64,000 nt of DNA from the human T2T-CHM13v2.0 reference genome, Homo sapiens. Numbering within the stretch: position 1 is the first letter of the stretch; every line of letters begins with the position of its first letter. Location: NCBI RefSeq assembly GCF_009914755.1, contig NC_060926.1; one strand, 5' to 3'. Made by a program: the position numbers and the translations under genes. This document shows, piece after piece, positions 14,598 to 26,550 of the stretch. The notes under the pieces were generated by a model. That model searched no databases and was not told the DNA's origin. It saw nothing but the letters and a program-made list of their open reading frames with translations.

Positions 14598-14911
14598 TTT
14601 TTTTGTTTCTTTTTTTTTTTTTTTTGAAATGGGGTCCCACCCATTTGGTCATCCAGCCTGGAATGCAGGGTGTGATCTCAGCTCACTGCAACCTCCGCCT
14701 CCCAGGATCAAGCAATGCCCCCAACCTCAGCCTCCAGAGTAGCTGGGACCACAGGTGAGTGCCACCACTCTTGGCTAATTTTTGCTATTTTTGGTAGAGA
14801 TGGGGTTTCGCCATGTTGCCCAGGCTGGTCTTGAACTCCTGAGCTCAGGCAATCCACTCATTTTGTCCTCCCAAAGTGCTGGGATTACAGGCGTGAGCCA
14901 CTGCACCCAGC
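14598..14911 (-). mobile_element. Alu (AluJ/S), full length
   Basis: Poly-T tail and both monomers, ending gagccactgcacccagcc. Confidence 0.93.
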
Positions 14912-15404
14912 CCATTCCACTTTTTCTTTATATTCCTTTGAACTTTAGTTTTTGGTATCATGGACACATCTCTCAAAGCTGGTCAGCACACTCCAAGTAC
15001 AGACCAGCAACTGATGGGGTACGGGAAAGGCCTGGACTGGGTTTTTATATTTACATTCATTGTTTCCAAATTGCAATGCAGAATTTCTGTATAAGAACAA
15101 AACTACAAGGAATCTATATGACTTTAATCTTCCATGTCCTGATGAACTTTTCCTGATGAGCTAGTTCTTTAAAACATCTCCTAAGAGAATCTAATTATAT
15201 TATGTAGAAAAGCTTCTAAAACTGACCATATAGGAAGCTTCCATATTATAATTGGGATAGAAACACATCATCTAGAAACAACAGAGATTCCTTGGGCTAA
15301 GAGTCCTATATCAATGTCCACTTGCAATATTAAATTTTTTCCAAATTCACAATTCAGAGGCTACAAGTTAAATGCCAAATAAAATTAAACTCAGTTAGTA
15401 GATT

Positions 15405-15564
15405 TCTTTTTTTGTAAATAGATGAGGTCTCGTTCTGTCCCCAGGCTGAAATGCACTGGAACAATCATAGCTCACTGCAATCTTGAACTCCTCTAGGCTC
15501 AAGAGATCCTCCTGCCTTAACCTCCTGAGAAGCTGAGATTAAAAGTGCAAGTCACCATGCCTGG
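15405..15564 (-). mobile_element. Old Alu monomer (FRAM/FAM-like)
   Basis: aggtctcgttctgtccccaggctg...atcatagctcactgcaatcttgaactcct...caccatgcctgg. Confidence 0.8.
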
Positions 15565-15984
15565 ACACAAATTTCATTTTTAAAGTGTGTTTTTTTCATA
15601 TAAATATTATATGTCCAGCATTATTTTTAATAAACTGGAATATTTTAAAATACATCTTCAAGATTTAGAGTAAAATGTACTGGCTTGTACTACATTTTAA
15701 AATTTACTTTTGGTCTTCTGGTTATAGTCTACTGAAGGAAGATCTAAAGCACTGAACAAATGGCAAAACTAAGCTCTTCTGTTATAGCAATCCTGGGGTT
15801 TTTATAACAAAATGAACTTCAGACAGCATGAAAGTTTCAATGATGAACAAATATTGAACTTTTGTATTTTAATAGCACAACCAATACTTCATTCCTGGTT
15901 AACTTTACCTTATTTTTTAAAAAAGATAAATTGTTTAAAAGTTATTTTGTTTAAACTTTAAGTATAAACTGGTGAGCAGGTGAC

Positions 15985-16200
15985 ACAAAACTAATCTACT
16001 CTGATATAAATCAGAATAGTGAGTACCCATTGGGGGACAGTGACCAGAAGAGGGCATCAGGAGGCTTCTGGGGTCCTGGTAAGAATTGCTTCTTGATGTG
16101 CTGGTTATATAGGTATATTCAATTTATGAAAATTCATCAAACCATACGCATGCTCTGTGCAAGTTGGCACTGGCAAAAGATTTAATAATTAATTTTTTCA
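15985..16200 (+). mobile_element. Old L1 (L1ME/MD) 3' UTR fragment
   Basis: aaaactaatctactctgat...aatcagaatagtg...ggcttctgggg...aaaattcatcaa. Confidence 0.7.
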
Positions 16201-17616
16201 TGTAGCAATTTTCTGGTTAAGGTATACAGCTGAAGAAAACAAGACAGATAGGGTAACTGCATAAAAGCCGGAGTAAACCTGTGCCTTGGAGGTAGCAGGC
16301 GCCACAGCTTCCTCCCTCCGCATGTGGACAGAAGCAGCACATTGGTGAGAAAGACATGTGCTTAGAGAGGCAGAAAATGAGGAAGAGAAACGTTCAGGAC
16401 TCCAAAGAGTCTATTTAGAGAAAAAAAAAGGTGGTAGGTGGGGGAAAGTAAAGATGACATGTTTCTTTGTACCATTTTCTCCTCCCACATTCCATTTGAC
16501 ATCATGCAGAGATGTTCATTTGACATTTCTGGGTTGAAGACTATGAGGGGAATGCATCCCATGGACCAGTGGTTACTGACTACAATACCACCTTCAGAAA
16601 GTTTAGGAAATCCTCTCATGGCCTTCTGTGATTTTCAAGTTGGGGATATAGCCAAGATGGCTTCTTGCAGACCTTCGATCCCAGAAGGTGGTTTGGGGGC
16701 AATATTCCACCTCAGTCTTTTGTACCTGAAGTTGATGAACTCTGACATGTGAGATTACATGGAGCTGACAATGTCACATGAAAGTAAATCTGGATTAAAA
16801 TATTACATATACATGTATATACACACGATAGAAGGCCTGCGAGCTCCACACCTTCGTTGTGTGCAATGATGTCACTCGCCCAAGCGTCTGAACACATCAG
16901 CACCTATGAGCTTCTTTTGGTAAAATTTAGTATCTACCTCCCATTCTACCATCATAAACAATGGGGCCTGTGACTTAGTCTCTATTTCTCCCCCACCTTA
17001 GAGACTGTCAGTACCAAATGAAGAAAATTTTATTTTGAAGTACACAGTTGAACATGCCAAGAGGCTTAACCACATCTCTATAAAAATATTTGGTTGGCAC
17101 CTACACAAGATAAACAAGAGTGCTCAAATACCTTACTGCATTCATTAATCCTTATTTTCTACCCACCATATATACATAAAACAAACAAACAAAAACAGGT
17201 GTGAGCACCTTCCTACAATTCTGTTCCCTACAACCTCTCCACACACACAAATCTGAATGTTACTTAAAGGAGAAACAAACCAATCAATATGGGTATGCCT
17301 TTCAGTTCAGTGAGGAACAGTTCTAAGGAACAGCCTTGTGACCAAGGTCCTACTGTCTGGGTTGAGCAGGGACCTGAAGGGCTGCACCCTGGTGCCTGGC
17401 TGGAGGTTGTGCCCACCACCCTGAAAATTCAGTGGCTATTGCTTAGGTGCTGGATGCACACAGTAATTCCCAAACCAAATCTGTACGCCCGTCACAGTTA
17501 ACCCTCTGCATCCGCAGGTTCCACATCCACAGATGCCACCCACCACGACTCAAAAACATTTGGAAAAACAAATAAATACGAATACAACAATAAAATACCA
17601 ATAAAAATACAGTATA

Positions 17617-17910
17617 GGCTGGCATAGTGGCTCATGCCTGTAGTCCCAGCACTTTGGGGGTTGAGGCGGGAGGATCGCTACAGACCAGAAGTTCAAGACC
17701 AGCCTGGGCAACAGAGTGAGACCCTGTCTCTCCAAAAAATTTTAAAAAGTAACCAGGTGTGGTGGTGCCCACCTGTAATCCCAGTTACTCAGGAGGCTGA
17801 GTGGGGAGGATTGTCTGAGCCCAAGAAATTGACGCTGAGGTGAGCCATGATTGCACCACTGTACTCCAGCCTAGGCAACAGAGTGAGACCCTGATTGTAA
17901 AAGACAAAGA
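17617..17910 (+). mobile_element. AluJ
   Basis: ggctggcatagtggctcatgcctgta...gtgagaccctg with J-type features. Confidence 0.9.
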
Positions 17911-17913
17911 CCA

Positions 17914-18055
17914 GGCTGAGCGTGGTGGCATGTGCCTGTAATCCCAACATTTTTGGAGGCCAAGGTAGGAGGATCACTTGAGTCCAGGAATTCAAGACCA
18001 GCCTGGAGAGAACAGTAAGACCCCTATCTCTCAAATAGAAATAAAAAAACAAAAC
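17914..18055 (+). mobile_element. Alu left monomer (FLAM_C-like), in tandem after the AluJ
   Basis: ggctgagcgtggtggc...ggatcacttgagtccaggaattcaagaccagcctgg...A-rich tail. Confidence 0.85.
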
Positions 18056-19037
18056 CAGCGTAACTGTTTAGATAGAATCTACATTGTATTAGGTACTATA
18101 AGTAACCTAGAAACAATTGATTTAAAATATACAGGAGAATCTGCCTAGGTTATGCAAAGATACTATGCCATTTTATATCAGGGACTTGAGCATCCATGGA
18201 TTAGGGTATCCATGGAGAATACTGGAACCAATCCCCTAAGGATACTGAGGGATGACTATATTTCTACATCATAAACCCACCTCTCATTTTCAACACAGTG
18301 TGGTAAGAACAAGATTGAGCTAATTCGGGCAATTGAAAGACAGGGATCGACATGGAGTAAAATGAGTTTGTTTAGTTTTACCTGTAAGACACACACATTA
18401 AGCACTTGATTATACTCATGGGCTTCCAAATTATAATTGGGATAGATACACACCATCTAGAAACAACCAAGGTTCCTTAGGCCAGGAGTCCTTCCATTAC
18501 CCCTTAAGAGGCACATTGTGTAATACAGTCTAAAGCTTTCCTTTCACCCACTTCTGGTTCTACATCGAATACCGTGCTTAACAGTCATGAGACAATACTG
18601 AAAAAATGCCAAACAAAAAAAATTAACCCTGCCTCTTCTGTGTATGTATCCAATGGTGATATATGGGGTATTAGTGGGATATGATGATAATACAGCATGA
18701 TGTGTTTTAACTCTGTGGGGCAAAGTGTAGAGTGAAGCAAGTAACAAATGTTTAGATTTAACTTACGGAAGCAATCACATTATTTTAAAGCCATACCTTT
18801 CTGACACTTTCCTACTACTATCAATTCAACTTTGGAAACTCTCCCACCTCAAATAGTTAATGAAATAACCTACTTAAAGGCACCCCATGAATGTTATTCT
18901 AACATATCAAGTATTGACTCAGGCCAATTACTTAATTAGTTCAACTTTCCCAGCTACTAATTTTGAACATCAGGCAGAAGAATGTTTTTTAACTACCCTG
19001 TCACTCAGAGGGGGTAAGCTGCCCTTTAAACAACAGA

Positions 19038-19512
19038 AATTATAGACCAATTATATATATATCTATTATAGACCAATTATATACGTATCTAATGTATATA
19101 ATAGAAATTATATATTAGACCAATTATATATTATTATATAGACCAATTATATATTATTATATAGACCGATTATATATTATTATATATACATATAGACCAA
19201 CTATATACTATTATACATATAGATCAATTATATAGACAAATTATATACTATTATATATAGATAATTAATCTATATATAATCTATAAACTATAATATATAC
19301 ATTATACATATAGACCTATATATACATATAGACCAATTATATACTATTATACTTACAGACCAATTATATACTATTATATATATACATATAGACCAATTAC
19401 ATACTATTATATACACATATAGACCAATTATATACTATTATAGACCAATTATATACATATCTAATGTATATAATAAAATTATAGACCAATTATATACATA
19501 TCTATACATATA
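19038..19512. repeat. AT-rich minisatellite, core TAGACCAATTATAT
   Basis: About 16 core copies or variants separated by variable (TA)/(TAC)-rich spacers. Confidence 0.92.
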
Positions 19513-20410
19513 TTGACATACTTTTAAAAGAAAACCATATTACACTTGTCTATTTCCCATTTATTCATAAATTATTTAAAATTTACCTTAGAAATTAGAG
19601 CATATAATTTTCTTTTAAAATAACTCTTAGGCTTATGGTTTTAATTATTTTGCCTATGTCTATAGTGATTAAAAGACACTATAATTCAGGGCAATTCCAA
19701 ATAGTCACCTGCTTTCCAGAAAAAAGATTGAATAACCTATAGTATTTGGTGAACTTCTGGCTGACCTAAAACATCTCAAGTGGTTCATCTCTGTCATCAC
19801 AGAGAACAGCTAACCAATATGTAGGATTCCAGTCATCAGCCTGGGGCCAGGTTCCCCGAAGGACCTGCCTGAGAAGACAATCTCAAAAGTTAGTCTCAAC
19901 AGTCAAATGCATTCTGCATTTCACCAAAGGGACCAAGGGAGTAGAGGTTCTTGCATGTTGAGCATGATGTCTGCTGTTGTCATAAAGAACATTTACACAA
20001 ACATTCACATTCACATATATGTACACACATAAGTATGTTTTCCATATGTATCCTATTTATAATAAACTAAGAGAAAGTTTAAATCTTAAACATTTTTGTT
20101 GGTTTCTCACAAGCCATGTAATTTGGAAGATAAAATTTTCCCAGAGATAAGCCACATAGGAAAAAGAATGTTCTTCCTTCAGTTGGAAGGGCTAGGCTCT
20201 TGTCCTGACTTTGTTAGTCAATAGCCATGAATCCCAACAATTAATGCTGAAGTATCCTAATTCAAGTTCCCACTCCTGATTGCTGATGTAACAACACATA
20301 ATGCAGGAATTTATTCCTCTGGTACCTACTTGCAAGTGTGTGAATGTGTCTGTGTGTGTATGTGTGCACATGTGTTCTTTTGAAAGACATTCCTCTTTTT
20401 CATATGAAAA

Positions 20411-20715
20411 TTTCTTTTATTTATTTCTTTATTTTCTGAGATAGGGTCTCACTCTGTCACCCAGGCTGGAGTGCAACAGAGTGATCATGACTCACTGCAG
20501 CCTCAAACTCCAGGGCTCAGGTGATTCTCCCAACTCAGCCTCCTGAGTAGCTGGGACTACAGGTGCATGCCCTCACACCTAGCTAATTTTTGAAAATTTT
20601 TTTGTAGTTATGGGGGTCTTGTTATGTTGCCCAGGCTAGTCTTAAACTCCTGGGCTCAAGCAATCGCCTGCATCAGCCTCCCAAAGTGTTGGGATTATAG
20701 GCACTGCACCAGGCC
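20411..20715 (-). mobile_element. AluJ
   Basis: gagatagggtctcactctgtcacccaggctgg...ctcctgggctcaagcaatc. Confidence 0.92.
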
Positions 20716-21734
20716 CATACAGAGATTTCTAATGGGGTATAGTTTCCCTAATTTTAAAATATAATTTACATAGCAAGATCCCTCTTCTAACAGTACAAAC
20801 AAATCCATTCATTTAATCCTAAATGTACAGTTCCATTTTGTAACTGGGTTAGCTCTATCATTTAGAAAACAAATCCCATATTAACTGTACTTTTTTCTAC
20901 CCATTTGAGGTCAGTGGTACAATTATGGGTTTTTGGCACATAGCAATATACTTACATTTCAGAAAAGTCATCATTACACTTTCAAAGAAGCTACTTTTAC
21001 ATTTTACTTCTGAATAATGAAAGCTATTGGATTATCTAAGAGACTTACCCTTTCCCATATTTAATTTAAAGCTAAGTCATTTTAGAAACCACAATTACCA
21101 ACATGCAAGAACCTCTACTTGAAAAATTTGTAGAATTTGAACATGGAAAACCAATTGTTTTAAATTTAATAAAGCATTTTTCTCTCGGGCTCAAACAGTA
21201 GAAGCAGCCCAGAGTAGAACTTAGTGTGAATTATAAACTTCTGAAAACAAAGACTTATAATCAAGATATTGCAGAGTTTTTCTTTACAGTGTATTCTCTA
21301 ATGCTTTAGCCAATGTATTTTTAAATGTCCCAGGAGACTACTTTTTGAACTTGCTCTCCTTACCAACCCAGTAACTCAAAGCAGATGGATCATTTTCTTG
21401 AATCTTAGCCTAAATTTTTCCTTGGAAATTTCACTTGATATGACATGCTTCGTATCAGCCCAAATTTCATTCTAATAATGACTGCCTGGATATTCCACAT
21501 TTCATAGCCCATTTTTAAGTTGCAGCTTAAAACCTTTTCTGCTTCCAGGTTCTGATGAACACATGCTTTCTGTATACATGGGCTCCCTGACATCCTCTTC
21601 CATCATATACAATCTTCCCCATCCAGCAGGCTCAGCCTGATTTGAGGACATGAAAACTGATAGTCTTAGTTGGTCTCTGGCCCCACACAATTACAGGAGT
21701 TGTCATTCTTGTTTTCCTCTGTTGAGGGGATCTC

Positions 21735-21946
21735 AGTCTAATAGCATGGGTTTTGGACACCCAGACACAGGTTCAAATCCCAGTTCTGCCAAGGCACTTT
21801 ACCTTCCTGAGGTTCAGTCTTCTCGCCTGTAAAATGGGCACAATGATACCTCCCAGGATTGTGGCTAAAGTACACTTTGATAATCTGTGCAAAGCAAATG
21901 GCAGGATGTAGTACATCATAAGTGCAAATTAGTTACTATTATTATT
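21735..21946 (+). mobile_element. MIR
   Basis: ggttcaaatcccagttctgcc...cagtcttctcgcctgtaaaatggg...ctattattatt. Confidence 0.75.
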
Positions 21947-24336
21947 CTTTGAATTACTACCATCTCCTGAGGCTGCACAGGAATTAGCTTTTAAGTATGC
22001 CACAACTTACAATTATCAATTTTGTGGAATCTCACACCAGAAGACATGTGGGAAAGGATTTAATGTAAGCCTTCCTTTTCCAGCCTTGGAAACTGAGCTC
22101 TGATAAGGCTGTCTTTCTCCAGTGCTGGTCGCTGCAGAAGCACTGGCCAATAGCTTTCCTTTGCTCTCTAAGAAAGTCCAGTGCAAAACTACAAACCTAG
22201 CCTTCACATGCTTCTAGCTTTGTAAAGCCACTGCATGCCTTCAATTTGGACTTCTTCCCTAGACAAGACCACAGAGGGCAGCAGAAGCCAGGATGGCACA
22301 GAACAGTTCCGTCCAGATAGAAGTCCTCCGCAGTGGGCAGCATGCCTCTGATGTCATTTCCATACACAGAACAATTCTCCCAACCAACCAGTAGGCCCTG
22401 GGTACTGTGGGATAATCAGGAACCTGCAGGTGGCAAAGTGAAGATAATAGTCACAACTGCTGGGACCCTGCTTTCACCAGGGCTAGGACCAATGCTGGAG
22501 CTGGACCAGATCACCAACTCCTGCAAAGCCTTAGGACTGCCCAGGTCATACTTCATCCCCTTTAAATGTATTTCACCTGTGGACTAGGTAGATGCCAAGT
22601 ATTTTGAATTGCAACTGTTCCCCTATCAATTCAATGGGAGGGGTGGGAGGTGGCTGGGACCAAGCAAGGGTAAATTTCAAATTTTGTAAGGGGCATAATA
22701 AATCCGTGTTTCTCTAACACTGATATCTTCGCATTGTGTACTTAATAACATTTAGAAAGAAATTTCTCAAAAGTTGGAAGGAGAGCTTTCGGAAAAATGG
22801 TAGGTATATTAAACTGAAAATGTGGTAATCCACTAACAGTGGCTGGTCATCTACAGCCCATTCAGTGTTTGGCATTGATATCAAAAATTGGTGTAAGAAC
22901 ATTGAAAATTTCTGTGCAAATATGCATCTGTGTTTCCCTTCCACTTTCCAAAATTAGTATATAATTATATGCAATTGTTACTTTTATAGTCATTTGGGAA
23001 TTTCATCCCATTTTTTTTAAGGGATGAGATTTCAGATTTCAATGCTTAGAAAATCAAAGCTTAACATACACCTGCCATGAGGGTACTATCTGATTCCCTT
23101 AGACATTTATGCATGCTGAATTAAGTACTTAATTTAATTTAAGCAATTAAATTTTAAGATCATATTACAGAAAATCCAGGAAAAGAAAAAACTCAATCAA
23201 TCAGGAATAACACAATACATTTAAAGAGCAAATGCATTAACAAAGACTGTCCTTATTATCATGCATAAGATATTTTTATTCAAAGTCTCACCCATGAGGT
23301 AGCAATCTGCAAACTAATTAAGAGCTTCCCAGAGGACAAATATCTCCAAGTTTTTGGAAAGGAACCTATCATTTATTTACCTAAGAAGGAGTGGCAGAAG
23401 CCTAGAAATCAGTTTGTCTTTCAGAAAAGATTTAATCATTTGAGAAATGCTTGGATAAATTCTAAACCTGGAGGGTAAAATTTCAGTCAGTATCAGTATA
23501 AGCAATAGACCAGAGCCTCACACACTGAAATCATCTCAGAAAGAAGAGAAACTCGGGGGTGGGGGGGTGGAACCTCCAGAAACAAGCACGTACAGGAATT
23601 TTTTCAGCAGTCCCTTCGCTATTTAATCTTTGCTGGCTGGATTGGCCACAACTCCCTAGACTCAACTTATGTCTTCACCCCACAGAGTAAACCTTTTCCC
23701 TCTTAATTATCCTCATCAGAAACTCAACACAGATAACTGCCCTCTTCTGCATAATAAATCATTCACATATTTTCAAATGTTAAATTGTCTCAACTTTGAA
23801 TCCTCTAGTCTAAAAATCCTGAATTTTGTATCCTTGCTTCCTAGATCCTGTGCACCACATAGCAAACTCACCAAATGTTGGTCCTTGCTCTGACCTCACT
23901 CTTTCCAGGAGTATCCATCCAAAGCCTCTCTAAACTGTGGAGCTCAGTACTCCATATAAAGCAGTGACTCCTATCACAATCTCTACAAGACATTTAACTC
24001 AAAACTCCAGAAGCTTTCACAGCACCAAGCAAAAATGTAAGATGCTACCATTTGTATCTATTGCGGCAAAAATTGGATAGAGTGCCTTTTTAACTTTGCA
24101 GTAAAATTCAAGGCACTTCACCTATTATTTTAGACTTTCATCAGTTTTGAGCACAATATCCATTCACCTTTGCCAACAGTTTCTTTTAATGCATTAGTAC
24201 AAAATTCCTCAAGTGGTATATAAAAATTTTGGTTGTCAGTTCCAGAAAAATAATGGGGGAAGGAGAGTGGGTAAAAACAGGTTCAAGGCCACACATCAGT
24301 TTTCCTTTTAAAAAAAGTTTTAACCCTAAATTTGCA

Positions 24337-24340
<4 letters not shown>

Positions 24341-24379
<39 letters not shown>

Positions 24380-24436
24380 CACACACACACATATATACAT
24401 ATGTGTATGTATATACATATACATCATATATATATA
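24341..24436. repeat. Compound (AT)n/(AC)n microsatellite
   Basis: Directly visible. Confidence 0.95.
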
Positions 24437-24651
24437 GCACTTCACTTTATTGGAATTCTTCCTTGGTCATAAATTATATTTCAAGTTGGCAAAAAATGTT
24501 GATCAGAATTTCAAAAAAGGGAAGCATCAAAGTAACCAGCATGGGGTTTTTCAAGTGTGCAGAAAGTTCTCTAAATACAAAATGTGCTTCCAGCCCACCA
24601 AAGACCCCCCTCACCCAAGCAGGCAGTCCTCGGCGAGGAGGGTCAGCATGC

Positions 24652-24844
24652 CCCTTTATGGTCAGAACGGCAGTGGTGCAAAAGACAATGATTTCAACCA
24701 AATATGGTTTGCCTCTCGCCAAATTTTTCGCATGTCCAATAAAAATAAGTTCACAAAAATCCAGCCAAGCATTACTTTCCCCCCAAAAGTGCTTCTCAGA
24801 TTACAAAACAGCTTTGAAAGTTCAGCCTGACAAAACAAATATGG
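24652..24844. promoter_or_regulatory. CArG-box (SRF) cluster
   Basis: Perfect CCAAATATGG at 24698-24707; one-mismatch CCCTTTATGG at 24652-24661 and ACAAATATGG at 24835-24844. Confidence 0.55.
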
Positions 24845-25532
24845 TACTAGGAGGAGAGACCTGGAAGGCAATCACAAAAAGTCTCATTTAAATTCCTGGA
24901 AAGCACAGCTTCTCCAAACACAGCTATTCAGCTCTTTGGAAGGCAGCACTTGCGGGAGCCATTGAGTTTAACTTCACTCAGTCCCCCAACACAGAACCGG
25001 CAAATCCGAATGAGATGGACGTCACACTCCCTACTCAAAAGAATGCATCAAATATCCACTCCGTAACACCGCGGAAAGTAAACCCAAAAGCGGAGTTTGC
25101 CGCCTGCCAACTACATAAGAATTAACACTCGGGTATTTAGGATTCTAAAGATCCCTACTACCCCAAACATTATAGCCACAGAGAACCAGAAATGAACAGA
25201 ACACACTTTAACCTTTAAGAAGTGCAGTTTTGTACGGGGGTTGGCTGAAGAAAGACAAAAATCTTCACTCCCTTCCAGAGCCAAAAGAGCCAAAATAAAA
25301 GATCACCTTTACTGAGCCACAGGGGCACAACTGTATCCGCCCGTCCCCAAAGCGCAAGCCGTCCTCCCGTTCGCTTCTCCAGAATTTCCTGCTTTTCCCC
25401 AAACCACCTTCAACATTCCCCACACACGGGTCTCGCTCCTAAACACGGAGTGTAACTCCGCGCACAGCAGCGCGGAGGCTGCAGCGCCACCAAGAAAGGC
25501 GTCGCCAACCCTTACCCAGTGCCCTCCCTTAC

Positions 25533-25607
25533 CAGCCTTCTTCCCACGCCGCGCCTCGAAGCGCACGACACCGTGGTGCTCGGTGCTCCCCCTGGCAGCG
25601 CGGCACT
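25533..25607 (-). other. Putative non-coding first exon (proximal promoter)
   Basis: Minus strand: AATAAAAT starting at 25638, 31 nt before the Inr-like CCA(+1)GTGC at 25607; donor CTG|GTAAGG after 25533 and alternative TGG|GTAAGG after 25516; no ATG. Confidence 0.5.
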
Positions 25608-26170
25608 GGAGTCCAAGGCGTGCGTGTCACATTTTATTCCCCGGCAGCCGCTCGGGTGCGCGCGCTACGCGCTCCCACACTCACGCTGGCGCCCGCTAGA
25701 GCTGGGACCCTGGCCGGGGTCCCCGACTCACGCCGCGGAACTTGGGGGCTGCAGAAGGCGAGTGCGCGGCGGGAGTCGTCCTGCCGCAGGCTCGAGTCCT
25801 CCTCCTGCCACCGTGGGGTCTCGGAGCTGCCCCGCGCTCCCGTCCCAGGCGGCCTGCGGGATCACCTCTCCGGGGCCAGCGCTGCTCCGCGCCGGCGGCA
25901 GCTGCAAGCGCGGGCGGCGGGGCACAGCGGGTGGCTCGGCCTCAAAGCCGGCGGGAGGCTACGCTCAGCCCCGCGCTGCACGCCTCATTGTTTCGGGCAG
26001 CGCGGCGGCGGCTCCCGCGGCCAGAGGAACCGCGGCCCCGAGCCCCGGGGAGAGGCGGCGGTTCCCGGCCCACGCACCGAGGCTGCGCCGCGCCCCGCCC
26101 CCGAGCTCCGCTCGCCCCAGAGCCCCCTCCCTCTCCGCGATCCCTTTCATCCTTCCCGCTCCAGGCTCAC

Positions 26171-26310
26171 CTAGCTGGCGGGAGCCGGGCACTGGGAAGT
26201 TGGGCTGCCCCCTCCCCGCGCCCCCGGCCCGGCAGCTCGGCCCGCCGGCGAGCGCAGGCGGGGCGCTCCCTGGCTGCGCGCGGATTTCTGCTTGTCGCGG
26301 AGAGTGACTG
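26171..26310 (-). other. Putative alternative non-coding first exon
   Basis: Donor TAG|GTGAGC after 26171 inside the CpG island; 5' boundary is a guess. Confidence 0.4.
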
Positions 26311-26415
26311 CAGACTTGGGCTGCGTGGGGCGGTGCGGGGCAGCACGGCTGCCTAAAAAGGCGTGTTTCTCCCCGGCCGCCGCCTCCATCCAGCCCTAGT
26401 TCTTCCGAAGGTTAC

Positions 26416-26550
26416 CTGCACAGTACCCGCCTGGCACCGCGCCTGGACACCTCCGGGGCACTCGGGTCCCGGGCGGCGGCAGGAATGCAGGAATGCGCAC
26501 AGGCTGTGGGCGGCCAGGAGGGAGTCCCGGCGCCTGCCCCGGCGGAAGTG
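26416..26550 (-). other. Putative alternative non-coding first exon
   Basis: Donor CAG|GTAACC after 26416; 5' boundary uncertain (near the ETS site or further upstream). Confidence 0.38.

Larger units (their letters stand above)
17493..18259 (-). mobile_element. MER2 (Tigger family) interrupted by Alus
   Basis: ccattttatatcagggacttgagcatccatgga...ctggaaccaatcccc...gatactgagggatgact is the reverse complement of the MER2 start; other end cagttaaccctctgcatccgcagg. Confidence 0.85.
15237..18492 (+). repeat. Dispersed 71-bp direct duplication (15237-15307 and 18422-18492)
   Basis: Ungapped manual alignment, 62/71 identical. Confidence 0.9.

Noticed and set aside
19038-19512. Repeat-spacer pattern resembling a CRISPR array
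   Set aside because: Spacers are low-complexity TA repeats rather than unique sequence, there are no cas genes, and the DNA is human.
24229-24891. 220-aa ORF
   Set aside because: Non-ATG start, runs through an (AT)n(AC)n microsatellite (YIYIYI), no domain similarity.
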